Position numbers and translations under genes: made by a program. From NCBI GenBank assembly GCA_018819405.1, contig JAHJQF010000001.1:817469-881468 (forward strand): a stretch of 64,000 nucleotides of DNA, written 5' to 3'. Shown here in pieces: positions 19,187 through 28,289 of the stretch. The first letter of the stretch is position 1. Every line of letters starts with the position of its first letter. The notes beneath the pieces were generated by a model. The model worked only from the letters and a program-made list of their open reading frames with translations, was not told the origin of the DNA and searched no databases. This stretch comes from Patescibacteria group bacterium (GTDB lineage Bacteria > Patescibacteriota > Patescibacteriia > UBA1558 > GWA2-36-10).

Positions 19187-19702
19187 TTATCTTTTAAGTA
19201 TTATTTGCCAATTGTTTATTAGACTTACTACCGAAGTATCTGATATATTAGGTAAAGATAAAATAATCTCCAGTTGATTATTTTTTGTCAGAGCATCAGC
19301 TAGGGCAAAAGTCAAAGAAAAATTATTGTTGGCTATATTTTTCCATTGCCAAGATCCGTCTTTTTGGCGTAGACCAATATTTATTTCTGTCGCTTCATCA
19401 AAATAAAAACTACCCTCTATAGTCATCATATCAAAATCAACTGGTGTATAAATTTTCATATAAATTGGTTCGCCTAGGATATCAAAAGTTTGACCTTCCA
19501 AACGATCAAAAACTGGAGTCAATCTAGATTCCGGATACCAGCCTCTTATATCACGGCTAAGAGATTGCGAAAAATCCAAATGATATTTCAAATCACGCTT
19601 TGTATAAATCCCTTTATTCAATATAAACAAAAGTAAAAGAAGGGAAAAAATCAGCCAAATATAACGAAAAACCTTAACTATTGAATTTTTATCTAAAGTC
19701 AT
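19187..19702 (-). CDS. Hypothetical membrane-anchored protein (171 aa)
   Basis: N-terminal TM helix, AT-rich native ORF. Confidence 0.4.
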   Translation of the reverse strand: MTLDKNSIVKVFRYIWLIFSLLLLLFILNKGIYTKRDLKYHLDFSQSLSRDIRGWYPESRLTPVFDRLEGQTFDILGEPIYMKIYTPVDFDMMTIEGSFYFDEATEINIGLRQKDGSWQWKNIANNNFSLTFALADALTKNNQLEIILSLPNISDTSVVSLINNWQIILKR

Positions 19703-19766
19703 ATATATATATTTTAGCAGAAACTTTACTATTTACCAAAGTATTTGCTAAAATAAAGTCAAGATT

Positions 19767-21869
19767 ATGCTTAGTTTCAGTAGAATACAAAATATTTTTT
19801 CTCAACTTTTATTGGCTCTTGTTATATTGGGCAACGTTTTTTTATTCCACAATACTAAAATAGGCCTTATTTTTGGTCTATTTTATCTATGGCTAAACAG
19901 TAAAAAGATAGCCGATATGTATGCCTCCAATATCCACCAAGGCCTAAAAAATGTGATGGGGCTTTTGACTATCTTAGCTTATATATCACTTGTATACACC
20001 ATGGCCTACCACTTGTGGCAAATAAACATTTATATCTGGCTATTTGTCTTCTTATCTATACCACTAGCTGTTGAGATACTTTCTTACTACCAAAATAGCC
20101 GACACTATTTTTTGACCAATACTAATTTTGGTTTTCTCAAAATCAGTCATATCAGAAAAACTATTTTACCTTTAGCTGTAATTGTTTTGGATATAATACT
20201 TGTTTCAGCTCTATTTAAAAAAGCCAGTCTGGGCATTATACGATCCCCTTGGGAGCTAGTTGGATTTAGATTTTGGTTGGTGTTTGCCCTTTCAAACTTC
20301 AGTTTGGCCGCCAGTATTATTGACCAAAAATCTTATAAAAATATAATACTTATTTGTTGGCATTTTTTCCTTATTTCTAGTATTGGAATTATTTTATATC
20401 CCCTAGGCTATGGCTATGACTCTTTTATACATCTAGCTGTTTTAGAAAATATCAACCAGACAGGCACTATAGAACCACGTCTTTTTCTTTATATTGGACA
20501 ATATGCTTTGACATTTTTCCTTAGCAATATATTGCAAATATCTATTGCTACTGCCAACAAACTGTTGATGCCGGCTCTATTTAGTATTTTTTGGCCAACC
20601 AGTCTATATTATGGTTTACGATACGGATTTAACTGGTCATACAAAGCTAGCTACCTAGCAGTTTTATGGAGTCTATTTATTGGCTTCAACTTTGCTATCA
20701 TGACCACTCCCCAATCTTTGACTTTTTTACTGCTGGCTATTTTTGTTTTCATACTGCCGGAAATAAACAAAAAGACTATTAGTCTCTATTTTACCCTGTT
20801 ATTAAGTCTCATGGCTCTTACTATCCACCCCTTAGTGGGTATACCAATGCTTTTCTTTACGACTATTTTAGCTATCTGGAAATTAAAAAAACACAAAAAA
20901 ACAAACCTTATATTAAAAGTCATTGCCTACGGATCATCAATTATGATATTGCCAGTTTTGTTTGCAATATATCAAAAAATAAATCAATTTAGCTGGCAGG
21001 AAATAATAAAGATAAACTGGTGGCCAATCATAAATCTACCTCGTATTTTTTGGTTTAAAAGCTATAGCTTTCCCCTTGATATGATCCACAATATTGGAGC
21101 CAACCAGTTTTGGATATACTCTCTGATAGTATTATTGGGCGTTTATGCCATATTCAGAGAAAACAAATATATTTTTTTCAAAAGACTCCTGATATTTTCC
21201 GGTCTTATATTGGCTAATTATCTACTAGCTTCCATATTTTTGTCTTTTAATCTACAAATTAGCTATCAAAAACATGACTACATCAACAGAATAGTATTTA
21301 TGCTGGCTATTATGCTTTTACCTATATTTCTAACTGCTGTTTATTTTTGGTGGAGTTCTGTTTTGAAGAAAAACAAACTAAGCCAAAAAACTTTTATTGC
21401 TGTCTTAACTACTATGGTGATATCTGTCAGCACTTATTTTAGTTATCCTGTATATGACCAACATGCCAACAGCAAAAGTTTTAATATCACTTCTACTGAC
21501 CTAAAAACTGTCCAGGCTATAGAAAATGATGCTCAAGGTCAAAACTATATAGTACTAGCCAATCAAATGTTAGGAGCAGCGGCTATATACCAATATGGTT
21601 TCCGAAATTACTATAATGAAAATTTTTATTATTCTATGCCGCTTGGTTCAGATAATATTTACCAAAATTTTCTCAATATGATAGAAAATGAGGCTAGCGT
21701 AGAAGAAGTGGTTATGGCGATGGATAAAGCCGGTGTGGATAAAGTTTATTTTGTAGTCAACAACTATTGGCACAGCGCCAAACAAGCCATTAAGCAGGCC
21801 GAAGAGACTGCTGACAAGAAATTATCTATAGATAATGGAATAAATACTGTGTTTATCTATAATCGCTAA
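19767..21869 (+). CDS. Large polytopic membrane protein (700 aa), possible GT-C-type glycosyltransferase
   Basis: About 14 predicted TM helices over ~550 aa plus a soluble C-terminal domain. Confidence 0.35.
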   Translation: MLSFSRIQNIFSQLLLALVILGNVFLFHNTKIGLIFGLFYLWLNSKKIADMYASNIHQGLKNVMGLLTILAYISLVYTMAYHLWQINIYIWLFVFLSIPLAVEILSYYQNSRHYFLTNTNFGFLKISHIRKTILPLAVIVLDIILVSALFKKASLGIIRSPWELVGFRFWLVFALSNFSLAASIIDQKSYKNIILICWHFFLISSIGIILYPLGYGYDSFIHLAVLENINQTGTIEPRLFLYIGQYALTFFLSNILQISIATANKLLMPALFSIFWPTSLYYGLRYGFNWSYKASYLAVLWSLFIGFNFAIMTTPQSLTFLLLAIFVFILPEINKKTISLYFTLLLSLMALTIHPLVGIPMLFFTTILAIWKLKKHKKTNLILKVIAYGSSIMILPVLFAIYQKINQFSWQEIIKINWWPIINLPRIFWFKSYSFPLDMIHNIGANQFWIYSLIVLLGVYAIFRENKYIFFKRLLIFSGLILANYLLASIFLSFNLQISYQKHDYINRIVFMLAIMLLPIFLTAVYFWWSSVLKKNKLSQKTFIAVLTTMVISVSTYFSYPVYDQHANSKSFNITSTDLKTVQAIENDAQGQNYIVLANQMLGAAAIYQYGFRNYYNENFYYSMPLGSDNIYQNFLNMIENEASVEEVVMAMDKAGVDKVYFVVNNYWHSAKQAIKQAEETADKKLSIDNGINTVFIYNR

Positions 21870-21938
21870 AAAATATAGAAAACAAAAAAAGACTGTCCCA
21901 CTATGGGAAGCCTTTTTTTGTTTTAAGCTTTAGATGCT

Positions 21939-22220
21939 TTAAAGTACAGCGTCTTTACAAGCCTTAGCTACACGGAATTTTACTACAGTTTTAGCTGGGA
22001 TTCTGATAGTTTCGCCAGTAGCCGGATTGCGGCCGTCACGGGCAGCACGGTGTTTTTTTACTAGTTTACCCAAACCTGGGACAGTAAATTCACCACTTGT
22101 TTTGACCTCTTTGTAGGCTAACTCTCCTAATGTATCCATTAAACTGGTTACATCTTTTTTGCTTAGTCCAGTCTTTTCTGACAAGACATTAAACAATTGT
22201 GACTTGGTTAATTTTGCCAT
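21939..22220 (-). CDS. hup: DNA-binding protein HU
   Basis: 93 aa: MAKLTKSQLFNVLSEKTGLSKKDV...GRNPATGETIRIPAKTVVKFRVAK, the canonical HU/IHF fold signature. Confidence 0.9.
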   Translation of the reverse strand: MAKLTKSQLFNVLSEKTGLSKKDVTSLMDTLGELAYKEVKTSGEFTVPGLGKLVKKHRAARDGRNPATGETIRIPAKTVVKFRVAKACKDAVL

Positions 22221-22447
22221 AAGCGTAATATTAACTTATTAATTATTATTTTTCATCAATAAATATAGCACATTTAAAAAAGTTTGTGAATATTTGTCAA
22301 TAAAAATGGGGGAAAACTTATACACAGTTACAAAAATTTGTCAAATTACTGGGTTTTTTGCTTTTTATTTTTATTTCAAAGAAAGGCCCCGGAGTCAAAA
22401 AGACTACGGGGCCATCACCATCATCAATAACAGAGAGAAGTGCCAAT

Positions 22448-22615
22448 TCAGATCAGGTTGGCAATGTTGTAGCTGCACTTGCGTCTGTGCTGACCATCTG
22501 TGCATTTGCACTCCTGGCAGATGTCTCGTCTCGTATCTGCTGCCTGACGCTCCTCCTGAGTAACAGTAGTGTCCTCACGCTTGTCGCTCATATTGTACCT
22601 TCTTTCGTTGGACAT
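22448..22615 (-). CDS. GC-rich cassette B, gene 3: 55-aa Cys-containing mini-protein
   Basis: RBS ggaggtaggctg then ATG. MSNERRYNMSDKREDTTVTQEERQAADTRRDICQECKCTDGQHRRKCSYNIANLI, followed by hairpin ggccccg...cggggcc. Confidence 0.45.
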   Translation of the reverse strand: MSNERRYNMSDKREDTTVTQEERQAADTRRDICQECKCTDGQHRRKCSYNIANLI

Positions 22616-22626
22616 CAGCCTACCTC

Positions 22627-22830
22627 CTAAATATTTGCCGCATCCACAGATACCGCAGCGATTTTTGCTGCTTCCAGCTCCTCTTGTCTGAGTTTTTTGA
22701 GCCTCTCCAGGCAAGAAATTGGCGTGCAAAATTCCTGCCCGCAAAAATTACAACGCCATTTCCCTTTTGGCAGATTTCGATTGCCTTGGCAATCGTCCCC
22801 AGCTTCTGCTTCCTTGGACAAATCAGTCAT
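22627..22830 (-). CDS. GC-rich cassette B, gene 2: 67-aa Cys-rich mini-protein (zinc-ribbon-like)
   Basis: MTDLSKEAEAGDDCQGNRNLPKGKWRCNFCGQEFCTPISCLERL... The AAGGAGG directly abuts the ATG (suboptimal spacing), so the start is uncertain. Confidence 0.4.
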   Translation of the reverse strand: MTDLSKEAEAGDDCQGNRNLPKGKWRCNFCGQEFCTPISCLERLKKLRQEELEAAKIAAVSVDAANI

Positions 22831-22850
22831 CCTCCTTGATTGTTCTCCGA

Positions 22851-22931
22851 CTAACAGCCGAAGGTAGTGGGAAAGTAGCTGTCAAACAGCTCGTCGTCGC
22901 TGGCGTCATAGCCGAAAAAATTGTTGCTCAT
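22851..22931 (-). CDS. GC-rich cassette B, gene 1: 26-aa peptide MSNNFFGYDASDDELFDSYFPTTFGC
   Basis: RBS gaggag 8 nt before the ATG. First of three tandem small ORFs. Confidence 0.3.
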   Translation of the reverse strand: MSNNFFGYDASDDELFDSYFPTTFGC

Positions 22932-23217
22932 TGTCAGAACTCCTCTGTTTGATGGTTAGTGACTTGTGGTGGAATGTACACTTCTAAAACACCAAAAAAG
23001 CCGCCTTATTGGCGACCTGCATTTTTTGATGTTTAGAAGTTAAATAATTACTACTAGCAAAAAAGCAATCGCCTAAGGCGTCAACAAAATAATGCTAATA
23101 ATGATAATCAAACTTCTAAACATATATTTATATAAATAATAATATCACCACTAAAAAAGACTGTCAATATTTAGATGCGGCTGGTTTTCCTTTGGAAAAC
23201 CAGCCGCCAAAGCACTG

Positions 23218-23448
23218 CTAACCGCGCCAAAATCCCAGGGCAGGAGTATTGAGAATATTCTCGTTGGAAACCCCCAACACTGGATCTCCAGACTCAACAT
23301 CTAAGCTGGCCTGGCACTCGTGTTCTGCACAAGCATCAATAATGCTCCACCCTTTCTGGTAGCGAACCGTTGCCGGACGACTGACGCCCGATTGATCACA
23401 GATTGTACAGACTCCCTCTCCTGACCTAAGAGCCAGCCTCTTAGCCAT
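23218..23448 (-). CDS. GC-rich cassette C: 76-aa CxxC...CxxHxC mini-protein
   Basis: RBS cacggaggtgttgac then ATG. MAKRLALRSGEGVCTICDQ...DACAEHECQ, followed by hairpin gcggctggtttt...aaaaccagccgc. Confidence 0.45.
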   Translation of the reverse strand: MAKRLALRSGEGVCTICDQSGVSRPATVRYQKGWSIIDACAEHECQASLDVESGDPVLGVSNENILNTPALGFWRG

Positions 23449-23544
23449 GTCAACACCTCCGTGATTGTAATGATAGAGCTCATCTTGGAGCTCCCCCAGT
23501 TTTATCAGAGATTTCCTCCTATCCTAGTTTAGTAGTCAATAGTA

Positions 23545-23733
23545 TCAAAACCCATCCCCCTTTATCTGCCCGTTAGGCAAACTGGAATTGGAGACAATTT
23601 CCTGAGCAACTGTCGGCGCCTCTTTATCCGTATTTTCCAGATACAGACACTGATCATAGCGGCCACGCAGACAGTTTCGACAATAGCAGATTTCCATAAA
23701 TCCGCCGCTGGGATGTGGGATTTTCTGACGCAT
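23545..23733 (-). CDS. GC-rich cassette D: 62-aa Cys-containing mini-protein
   Basis: RBS aaaggagggtggtc then ATG. MRQKIPHPSGGFMEICYCRNCLRGRYDQCLY... A TTGACA lies upstream on the minus strand (-35 candidate). Confidence 0.45.
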   Translation of the reverse strand: MRQKIPHPSGGFMEICYCRNCLRGRYDQCLYLENTDKEAPTVAQEIVSNSSLPNGQIKGDGF

Positions 23734-23982
23734 GACCACCCTCCTTTGTGCACTAAGTGCGGTTGAATGCTTATGTCAATGAACTCTATCAAAAAAGGCC
23801 GCTGTTAGGCGACCTTTATTTTGTATAATTTATAAATTTTGAAATATATGATTACACAAAACTAGGTCGTCTGAGCGTCCAAAATAAATGAAATGCGAAT
23901 ATAGGTGTGATTTAGTTTTGTGAAATTTATTATCATATTGAATTTAGCTTATCATAGCTTAAAATATCTTGTCAAATGTTTT

Positions 23983-24996
23983 TTAATTTTTAACATCAAA
24001 ATCCAAGAAAAAACCATAATGAGCTCTTTTTCTAAATTGAGGGCTCCTCAAATTCAACTTTTCTATAATACCTTTAGGGGACAAATCATAACCTTCTATT
24101 TCTATGGACTTGCCGTCAACTAAAGCTGTGGCCATGACTGGTTGTGGGTGTCCGATGGCATAAGCTAATTTTACCAAGACCTCTTTGGCATTATATTTTT
24201 TGAGATACTCTACTGCCAAATAACGAGCCATATAAGCGGCGGATCTATCTACTTTGGTGGAATCTTTACCTGAAAAACAACCTCCACCAACTGGGATTTG
24301 AGGGCCATAGTTGTCAGCGGTTATTTTCCTACCGGTCAAGCCAGTATCAGCTTCAAAACCTCCTTGGACAAAAGGGCCAGCCGGATTGATAAATATATTT
24401 TTGTATTCTGGGATTATAGGTTTTACTACTTCTTCTTCTATTAATTGTTTTAGTTTTTCAAAATCAACATCAGCCTTGTGTTGAGTGGAAACTACTACTG
24501 TATCCACTACTTGATTGTCATTTAAAGTGACCTGAGCTTTAGCATCAGGCATAAGATATTGAGATAATTCTGTTTTAGCTTCATTGCGAATTTCTTCTAG
24601 TTTTCTGACTAGTTTTGTGGCTAAAACATGTTCTATAGGCAACATTTCAGGAGTTTCACTGGTAGCATAGCCGACCATAATACCCTGATCACCTGCTCCA
24701 CCGGTATCAACACCACGAGCAATATCTGGACTTTGTTTTACTATATTTACCAATATCTCTAATTCTTCTTTATAACCTATATCTTTATATACATCTCTGG
24801 CAATTTGAGCGGCATCAAATTTGGCAGTTGTAGTCACTTCTCCCATTATGACTAATTTTCCATGACCACCTAAAGCCTCCACTGCTACCCGACTAGTAGG
24901 ATCTTGACGCAAACATTCATCTAAAATAGCGTCCGATATTTGATCACATACTTTATCAGGATGTCCATAAGTAATTTGTTCTGCAGTTTTCAACAT
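23983..24996 (-). CDS. metK: S-adenosylmethionine synthetase (short form)
   Basis: 337 aa with GHPDKVCDQISDAILD, GGGCFSGKD and GDQGIMVGYA motifs. Confidence 0.9.
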   Translation of the reverse strand: MLKTAEQITYGHPDKVCDQISDAILDECLRQDPTSRVAVEALGGHGKLVIMGEVTTTAKFDAAQIARDVYKDIGYKEELEILVNIVKQSPDIARGVDTGGAGDQGIMVGYATSETPEMLPIEHVLATKLVRKLEEIRNEAKTELSQYLMPDAKAQVTLNDNQVVDTVVVSTQHKADVDFEKLKQLIEEEVVKPIIPEYKNIFINPAGPFVQGGFEADTGLTGRKITADNYGPQIPVGGGCFSGKDSTKVDRSAAYMARYLAVEYLKKYNAKEVLVKLAYAIGHPQPVMATALVDGKSIEIEGYDLSPKGIIEKLNLRSPQFRKRAHYGFFLDFDVKN

Positions 24997-25020
24997 TTTT
25001 GTATAATTAAATTATTAATT

Positions 25021-25155
25021 AAAAAACTCTCTTTTTATTATAGAGAGTAGATTCGTCATCTTTCCCTCCAAATAGGGTTGGACTTAGCACCTTTCTAAAA
25101 GTAGGTTGCTGACGGATCATAGAGCCAAATCTCTCCCCGTTCTCTTGATAATTTA
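25021..25155 (-). promoter_or_regulatory. SAM-I (S-box) riboswitch with intrinsic terminator, in the metK leader
   Basis: The minus strand reads TTATCAAGAG..GGGAGAGA..GGCTCTATGA..GTCAGCAACC..AAGGTGCTAAGTCC..GGAGGGAAAG, then hairpin actctct-ataataaaa-agagagt plus TTTTT. This matches the S-box consensus blocks. Confidence 0.7.
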
Positions 25156-25244
25156 TATTAAATTTTACTACAAGTAGTATAAGGCATTTTGCTAAAAATG
25201 GCAAATATGACTATAATATAATTATAAAAAGTAAAAAATAAAAT

Positions 25245-25478
25245 ATGTTTCATGAACATTATTCAAGAAGTCTACTAAAATCAATTACCTGGTTTATTTT
25301 GGCTTTTATAATTACTTTCGTTATCTTGTCTATATTGAATCAAGATTGGCGTACTGGCTTATGGGAGGCTATTTTTGTACAAATATTAAAAGCTCTTTTC
25401 TATTATATACACGAAAGGATGTGGAATAAAACAAATTATGGACAAAAATTAAAAAAACCATCCCTAGTAATAAAATAA
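25245..25478 (+). CDS. Hypothetical small membrane protein (77 aa)
   Basis: Two predicted TM helices, native composition. Confidence 0.35.
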   Translation: MFHEHYSRSLLKSITWFILAFIITFVILSILNQDWRTGLWEAIFVQILKALFYYIHERMWNKTNYGQKLKKPSLVIK

Positions 25479-25480
25479 AA

Positions 25481-25798
25481 GTGCAGCTGTCAATTTTACA
25501 AAAGTTTATCCTCATTAAAACTTGGGAAAATAAAAAAAATACAATTTCCCGACAAATTTTTGATTCGTTTTATAGTTCTAAAAAAAATCCACCAGCTGCC
25601 AAGATAAGAGCCAATATTATTACCAAGAGTATTGAAAGATTGATTGATCGCGGATTACTAATAGGACTCGGCGAAAAAACCCAACACAAATTGTTTATCA
25701 ACCAAGTCAGACTTACTCCAAAAGGAAAAAAAACGACCATCTCTCTCCTAGATCGTCAAGCTCAATTTCCTTTTATTAAAAAAATAAATAAAAAATAA
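25481..25798 (+). CDS. Hypothetical protein (105 aa), basic
   Basis: ORF immediately after the previous one. No domain recognised. Confidence 0.35.
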   Translation: MQLSILQKFILIKTWENKKNTISRQIFDSFYSSKKNPPAAKIRANIITKSIERLIDRGLLIGLGEKTQHKLFINQVRLTPKGKKTTISLLDRQAQFPFIKKINKK

Positions 25799-25799
25799 T

Positions 25800-26540
25800 T
25801 TACTCAATAACTATTTTTGTACCAACCTGGGACCACCAATATAGGGGTTCCATGTTTTCGTAGGCTACATTGACACAACCATGGCTCATCGGGTGACCAA
25901 AATTGTTGTGCCAATAAGCTCCGTGGATATAATATCCGTAGATACGCTTGGTAAAAAGCAAATTCCATTTGGTATTGGGATAATCATAGCCTATACCTCC
26001 ATAATGTTTGGTGGGAAATTTTTGCATAACCTCAAAATCTCCAACTGGAGTATCCATCCCTCTTACTCCGGACGATATCTTAAATGAATCCATCATCTTA
26101 TCACCAAAATAATAAGATAGACTTTGGTCTTTTATATTTACTTTGATAAGCTTCTCTATCTGTATTGGACGCATATCTAAAGGATCGTAAGCGTTGAGTA
26201 CTTCCTGTCCATCACTATAGCCGTCATGGTCAGTATCAGTGTCCATCAAATCAGTGCCCAATAAAAGCTCCCAATTATCATTGAGATTATCACCATCTGA
26301 GTCAATCTGCATCAAACGAGCGCCATCGCCTTTGAGAGGCGAATAACCATACTTTATCTCTTCACCGTCAGAAAAACCATCTCCATCAGTATCTGGATTT
26401 TTGTGATCAGTATAATATATCTGGATTTCATATAAATCATTTAAACCATCACCGTCACTATCCGCCAAAACTTGAGCCAAACATAAACCAGGAAAAAATA
26501 AAAAAAGGCCAGCTGTAAATATAAATACTTTTATATTCAT
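25800..26540 (-). CDS. L,D-transpeptidase (YkuD fold) with N-terminal Asp-rich calcium-binding-like repeats
   Basis: Signal peptide. DSDGDGLNDLYE, DTDGDGFSDGEE and DTDHDGYSDGQE repeats (thrombospondin-type-3-like). C-terminal HGxxxxxxGxSHGCV catalytic block (YIHGAYWHNNFGHPMSHGCVNV). Confidence 0.75.
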   Translation of the reverse strand: MNIKVFIFTAGLFLFFPGLCLAQVLADSDGDGLNDLYEIQIYYTDHKNPDTDGDGFSDGEEIKYGYSPLKGDGARLMQIDSDGDNLNDNWELLLGTDLMDTDTDHDGYSDGQEVLNAYDPLDMRPIQIEKLIKVNIKDQSLSYYFGDKMMDSFKISSGVRGMDTPVGDFEVMQKFPTKHYGGIGYDYPNTKWNLLFTKRIYGYYIHGAYWHNNFGHPMSHGCVNVAYENMEPLYWWSQVGTKIVIE

Positions 26541-26728
26541 AATTAAATTATAACATATTTTACAGATAAATATAATAAATATTGACTAAAGGTGGTTTTT
26601 AGGTTACATTATTTAAATAATCTCGGCCCTTTTCATTTGCAACATAGAAAGGAGGTTTTGACAGTTCAAGGATGAACGCTAGCTCTTGAAGCTAGCACAA
26701 AACAAACCCTAGGAACAGGAGTTCCAAA

Positions 26729-27067
26729 ATGCAAGCAAGTGCTGCTATTTTCAATCAGCTCCTCGACACGCTGGGAGTGCCGAGCCGACAGAGGCCGCTC
26801 AACAATGAGCAGGCCGAAAGACTCGGTATGCAACTGGTCCACGTCTGGCAAAAAAACAGCAAACTGCTGGCAGCTGCCCATCGCAACTTGCCAGCAAGTC
26901 GCCACGAAGCTGGGCGCTTGGCTCGGATGAATGGTGACCATTGTCACCATTTGGCAACAGCCATGGTCGCCAAGATGGACCAGATCGCTCCCGACAACGA
27001 TCCGATACTCTCCTCAGTCGTGAGGTCTCTCAACGAATCACTTGCTCACAATCAGGCCTCGGCCTGA
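26729..27067 (+). CDS. GC-rich cassette E: hypothetical 112-aa helical protein
   Basis: RBS aggag 7 nt before the ATG. An upstream leader holds a 5-codon mini-ORF (ATGAACGCTAGCTCTTGA) embedded in the hairpin gctagct-cttga-agctagc. Confidence 0.5.
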   Translation: MQASAAIFNQLLDTLGVPSRQRPLNNEQAERLGMQLVHVWQKNSKLLAAAHRNLPASRHEAGRLARMNGDHCHHLATAMVAKMDQIAPDNDPILSSVVRSLNESLAHNQASA

Positions 27068-27085
27068 TTCTCGCCAACTCCTTTC

Positions 27086-27128
27086 GACCCCGTCGCGCAA
27101 ACTTGTACGACGGGGTCTTCTTTTTTTA
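27086..27128 (+). terminator. Rho-independent terminator of cassette E
   Basis: gaccccgtcgcgcaaacttgtacgacggggtc followed by ttcttttttt. Confidence 0.7.
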
Positions 27129-27134
27129 TACCCG

Positions 27135-28289
27135 TCAATATTTATTGCGACGACGACGGCCGGCTGACAAAGCAAATCTATGGGCTTCTTCCCTTACTTT
27201 AAGTAAGGTATTTTTTATATTTTCAGTCATCTCTTTAAATTCTTTTTTAGTTCCTTTTGGATACACCAATTTATCACCAGAAAATTTGGAAATACCAACA
27301 ATAGGAATATTTATATTTTGAGCCTTAAAAACTTTATCAACATAATCTATTTGCGGACGACCGCCATCAATCATCATTAGGTCAGGCCGAGTCCACTCCT
27401 TATGAGTAAGTCTTCTTAGCAAGGCCTCTTCCAAAGAACGCAAATCATCATTAGCCGGAGAATTTTTTATTTTAAAAAGCCTATATTGATTTTTGTCAGC
27501 CACCCCGGCAGAAAATACTACCATAGAGGCATAAGTTTCTTTGCCCGAAAAATGAGAAATATCATAACCCTCTATTCTATTGATGCCACCCAGCACAGAA
27601 TCTTCATTGGTCAAAAGCGACACATCCTGCAAATGCCTTAAGCTGTTTGCCTGCTCCGGATTTTCTTTGGCCAGCTTAGCCATCAACCTTGTCTTTTGAC
27701 CGGACAAAAGCAAAATAATATTATTTATATTTTTTTGATAATCTTTTTTGCTAATTTTCCCTACACATACTCCTGGACACAAGCCAATCTGGTGATCAAA
27801 ACATGGCCTAGTCTGATCAGGACGGCATTTACTGTAAGGAAAAATACGCCTGATAATCTTCAGAGCATTATTGAGTAATGCCGCGGCCTGGTATGGCCCA
27901 AAAACTCTGACACTGCCTTGGGGAAACTTTTTTAAATCCCGACCACGGATAAGTATAGGATGTGGATAATCAGTCTTGGCTATTACCAGATACAAAAACG
28001 ACTTATCGTCACGCTGAATGACATTGTACTTTGGCCAATATTTTTTTATATCATTAGCCTCCAAAACAACTGAATCCAAAATACTGTCAGTTTTTTGATA
28101 TTCTATATCACTAGCCAGATTTACCATCTCGGCAATTCTATTTTCTATATCTTTTCTAAAATACTGTGCCACTCTTTTTTTCAAAGATGCAGCTCGACCG
28201 ACATAAAGAATGTGACCCTTATCATCAAGCCAATGGTAAACTCCGGGACTATCAGGAAATTTTTTAATTTTTTCTTTTAACTTTATCAT
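27135..28289 (-). CDS. uvrC: Excinuclease ABC subunit C, short form lacking the C-terminal HhH domain
   Basis: 384 aa. N-terminal GIY-YIG (GVYHWLDDKGHILYVGRAASLKKRVAQY), Cys cluster CFDHQIGLCPGVC, and C-terminal RNase-H-like block (DISHFSGKETYASMVVF). Confidence 0.85.
   Translation of the reverse strand: MIKLKEKIKKFPDSPGVYHWLDDKGHILYVGRAASLKKRVAQYFRKDIENRIAEMVNLASDIEYQKTDSILDSVVLEANDIKKYWPKYNVIQRDDKSFLYLVIAKTDYPHPILIRGRDLKKFPQGSVRVFGPYQAAALLNNALKIIRRIFPYSKCRPDQTRPCFDHQIGLCPGVCVGKISKKDYQKNINNIILLLSGQKTRLMAKLAKENPEQANSLRHLQDVSLLTNEDSVLGGINRIEGYDISHFSGKETYASMVVFSAGVADKNQYRLFKIKNSPANDDLRSLEEALLRRLTHKEWTRPDLMMIDGGRPQIDYVDKVFKAQNINIPIVGISKFSGDKLVYPKGTKKEFKEMTENIKNTLLKVREEAHRFALSAGRRRRNKY

Noticed and set aside
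22294-22952. Plus-strand track ORFs (89, 90 and 77 aa) across cassette B
   Set aside because: They are antisense to three minus-strand ORFs that each have RBS-like signals and a shared terminator. They also run through the HU promoter region.
25019-25204. 61-aa minus-strand ORF upstream of metK
   Set aside because: It overlaps the SAM-I riboswitch and its terminator, and the sequence is better explained as structured RNA.
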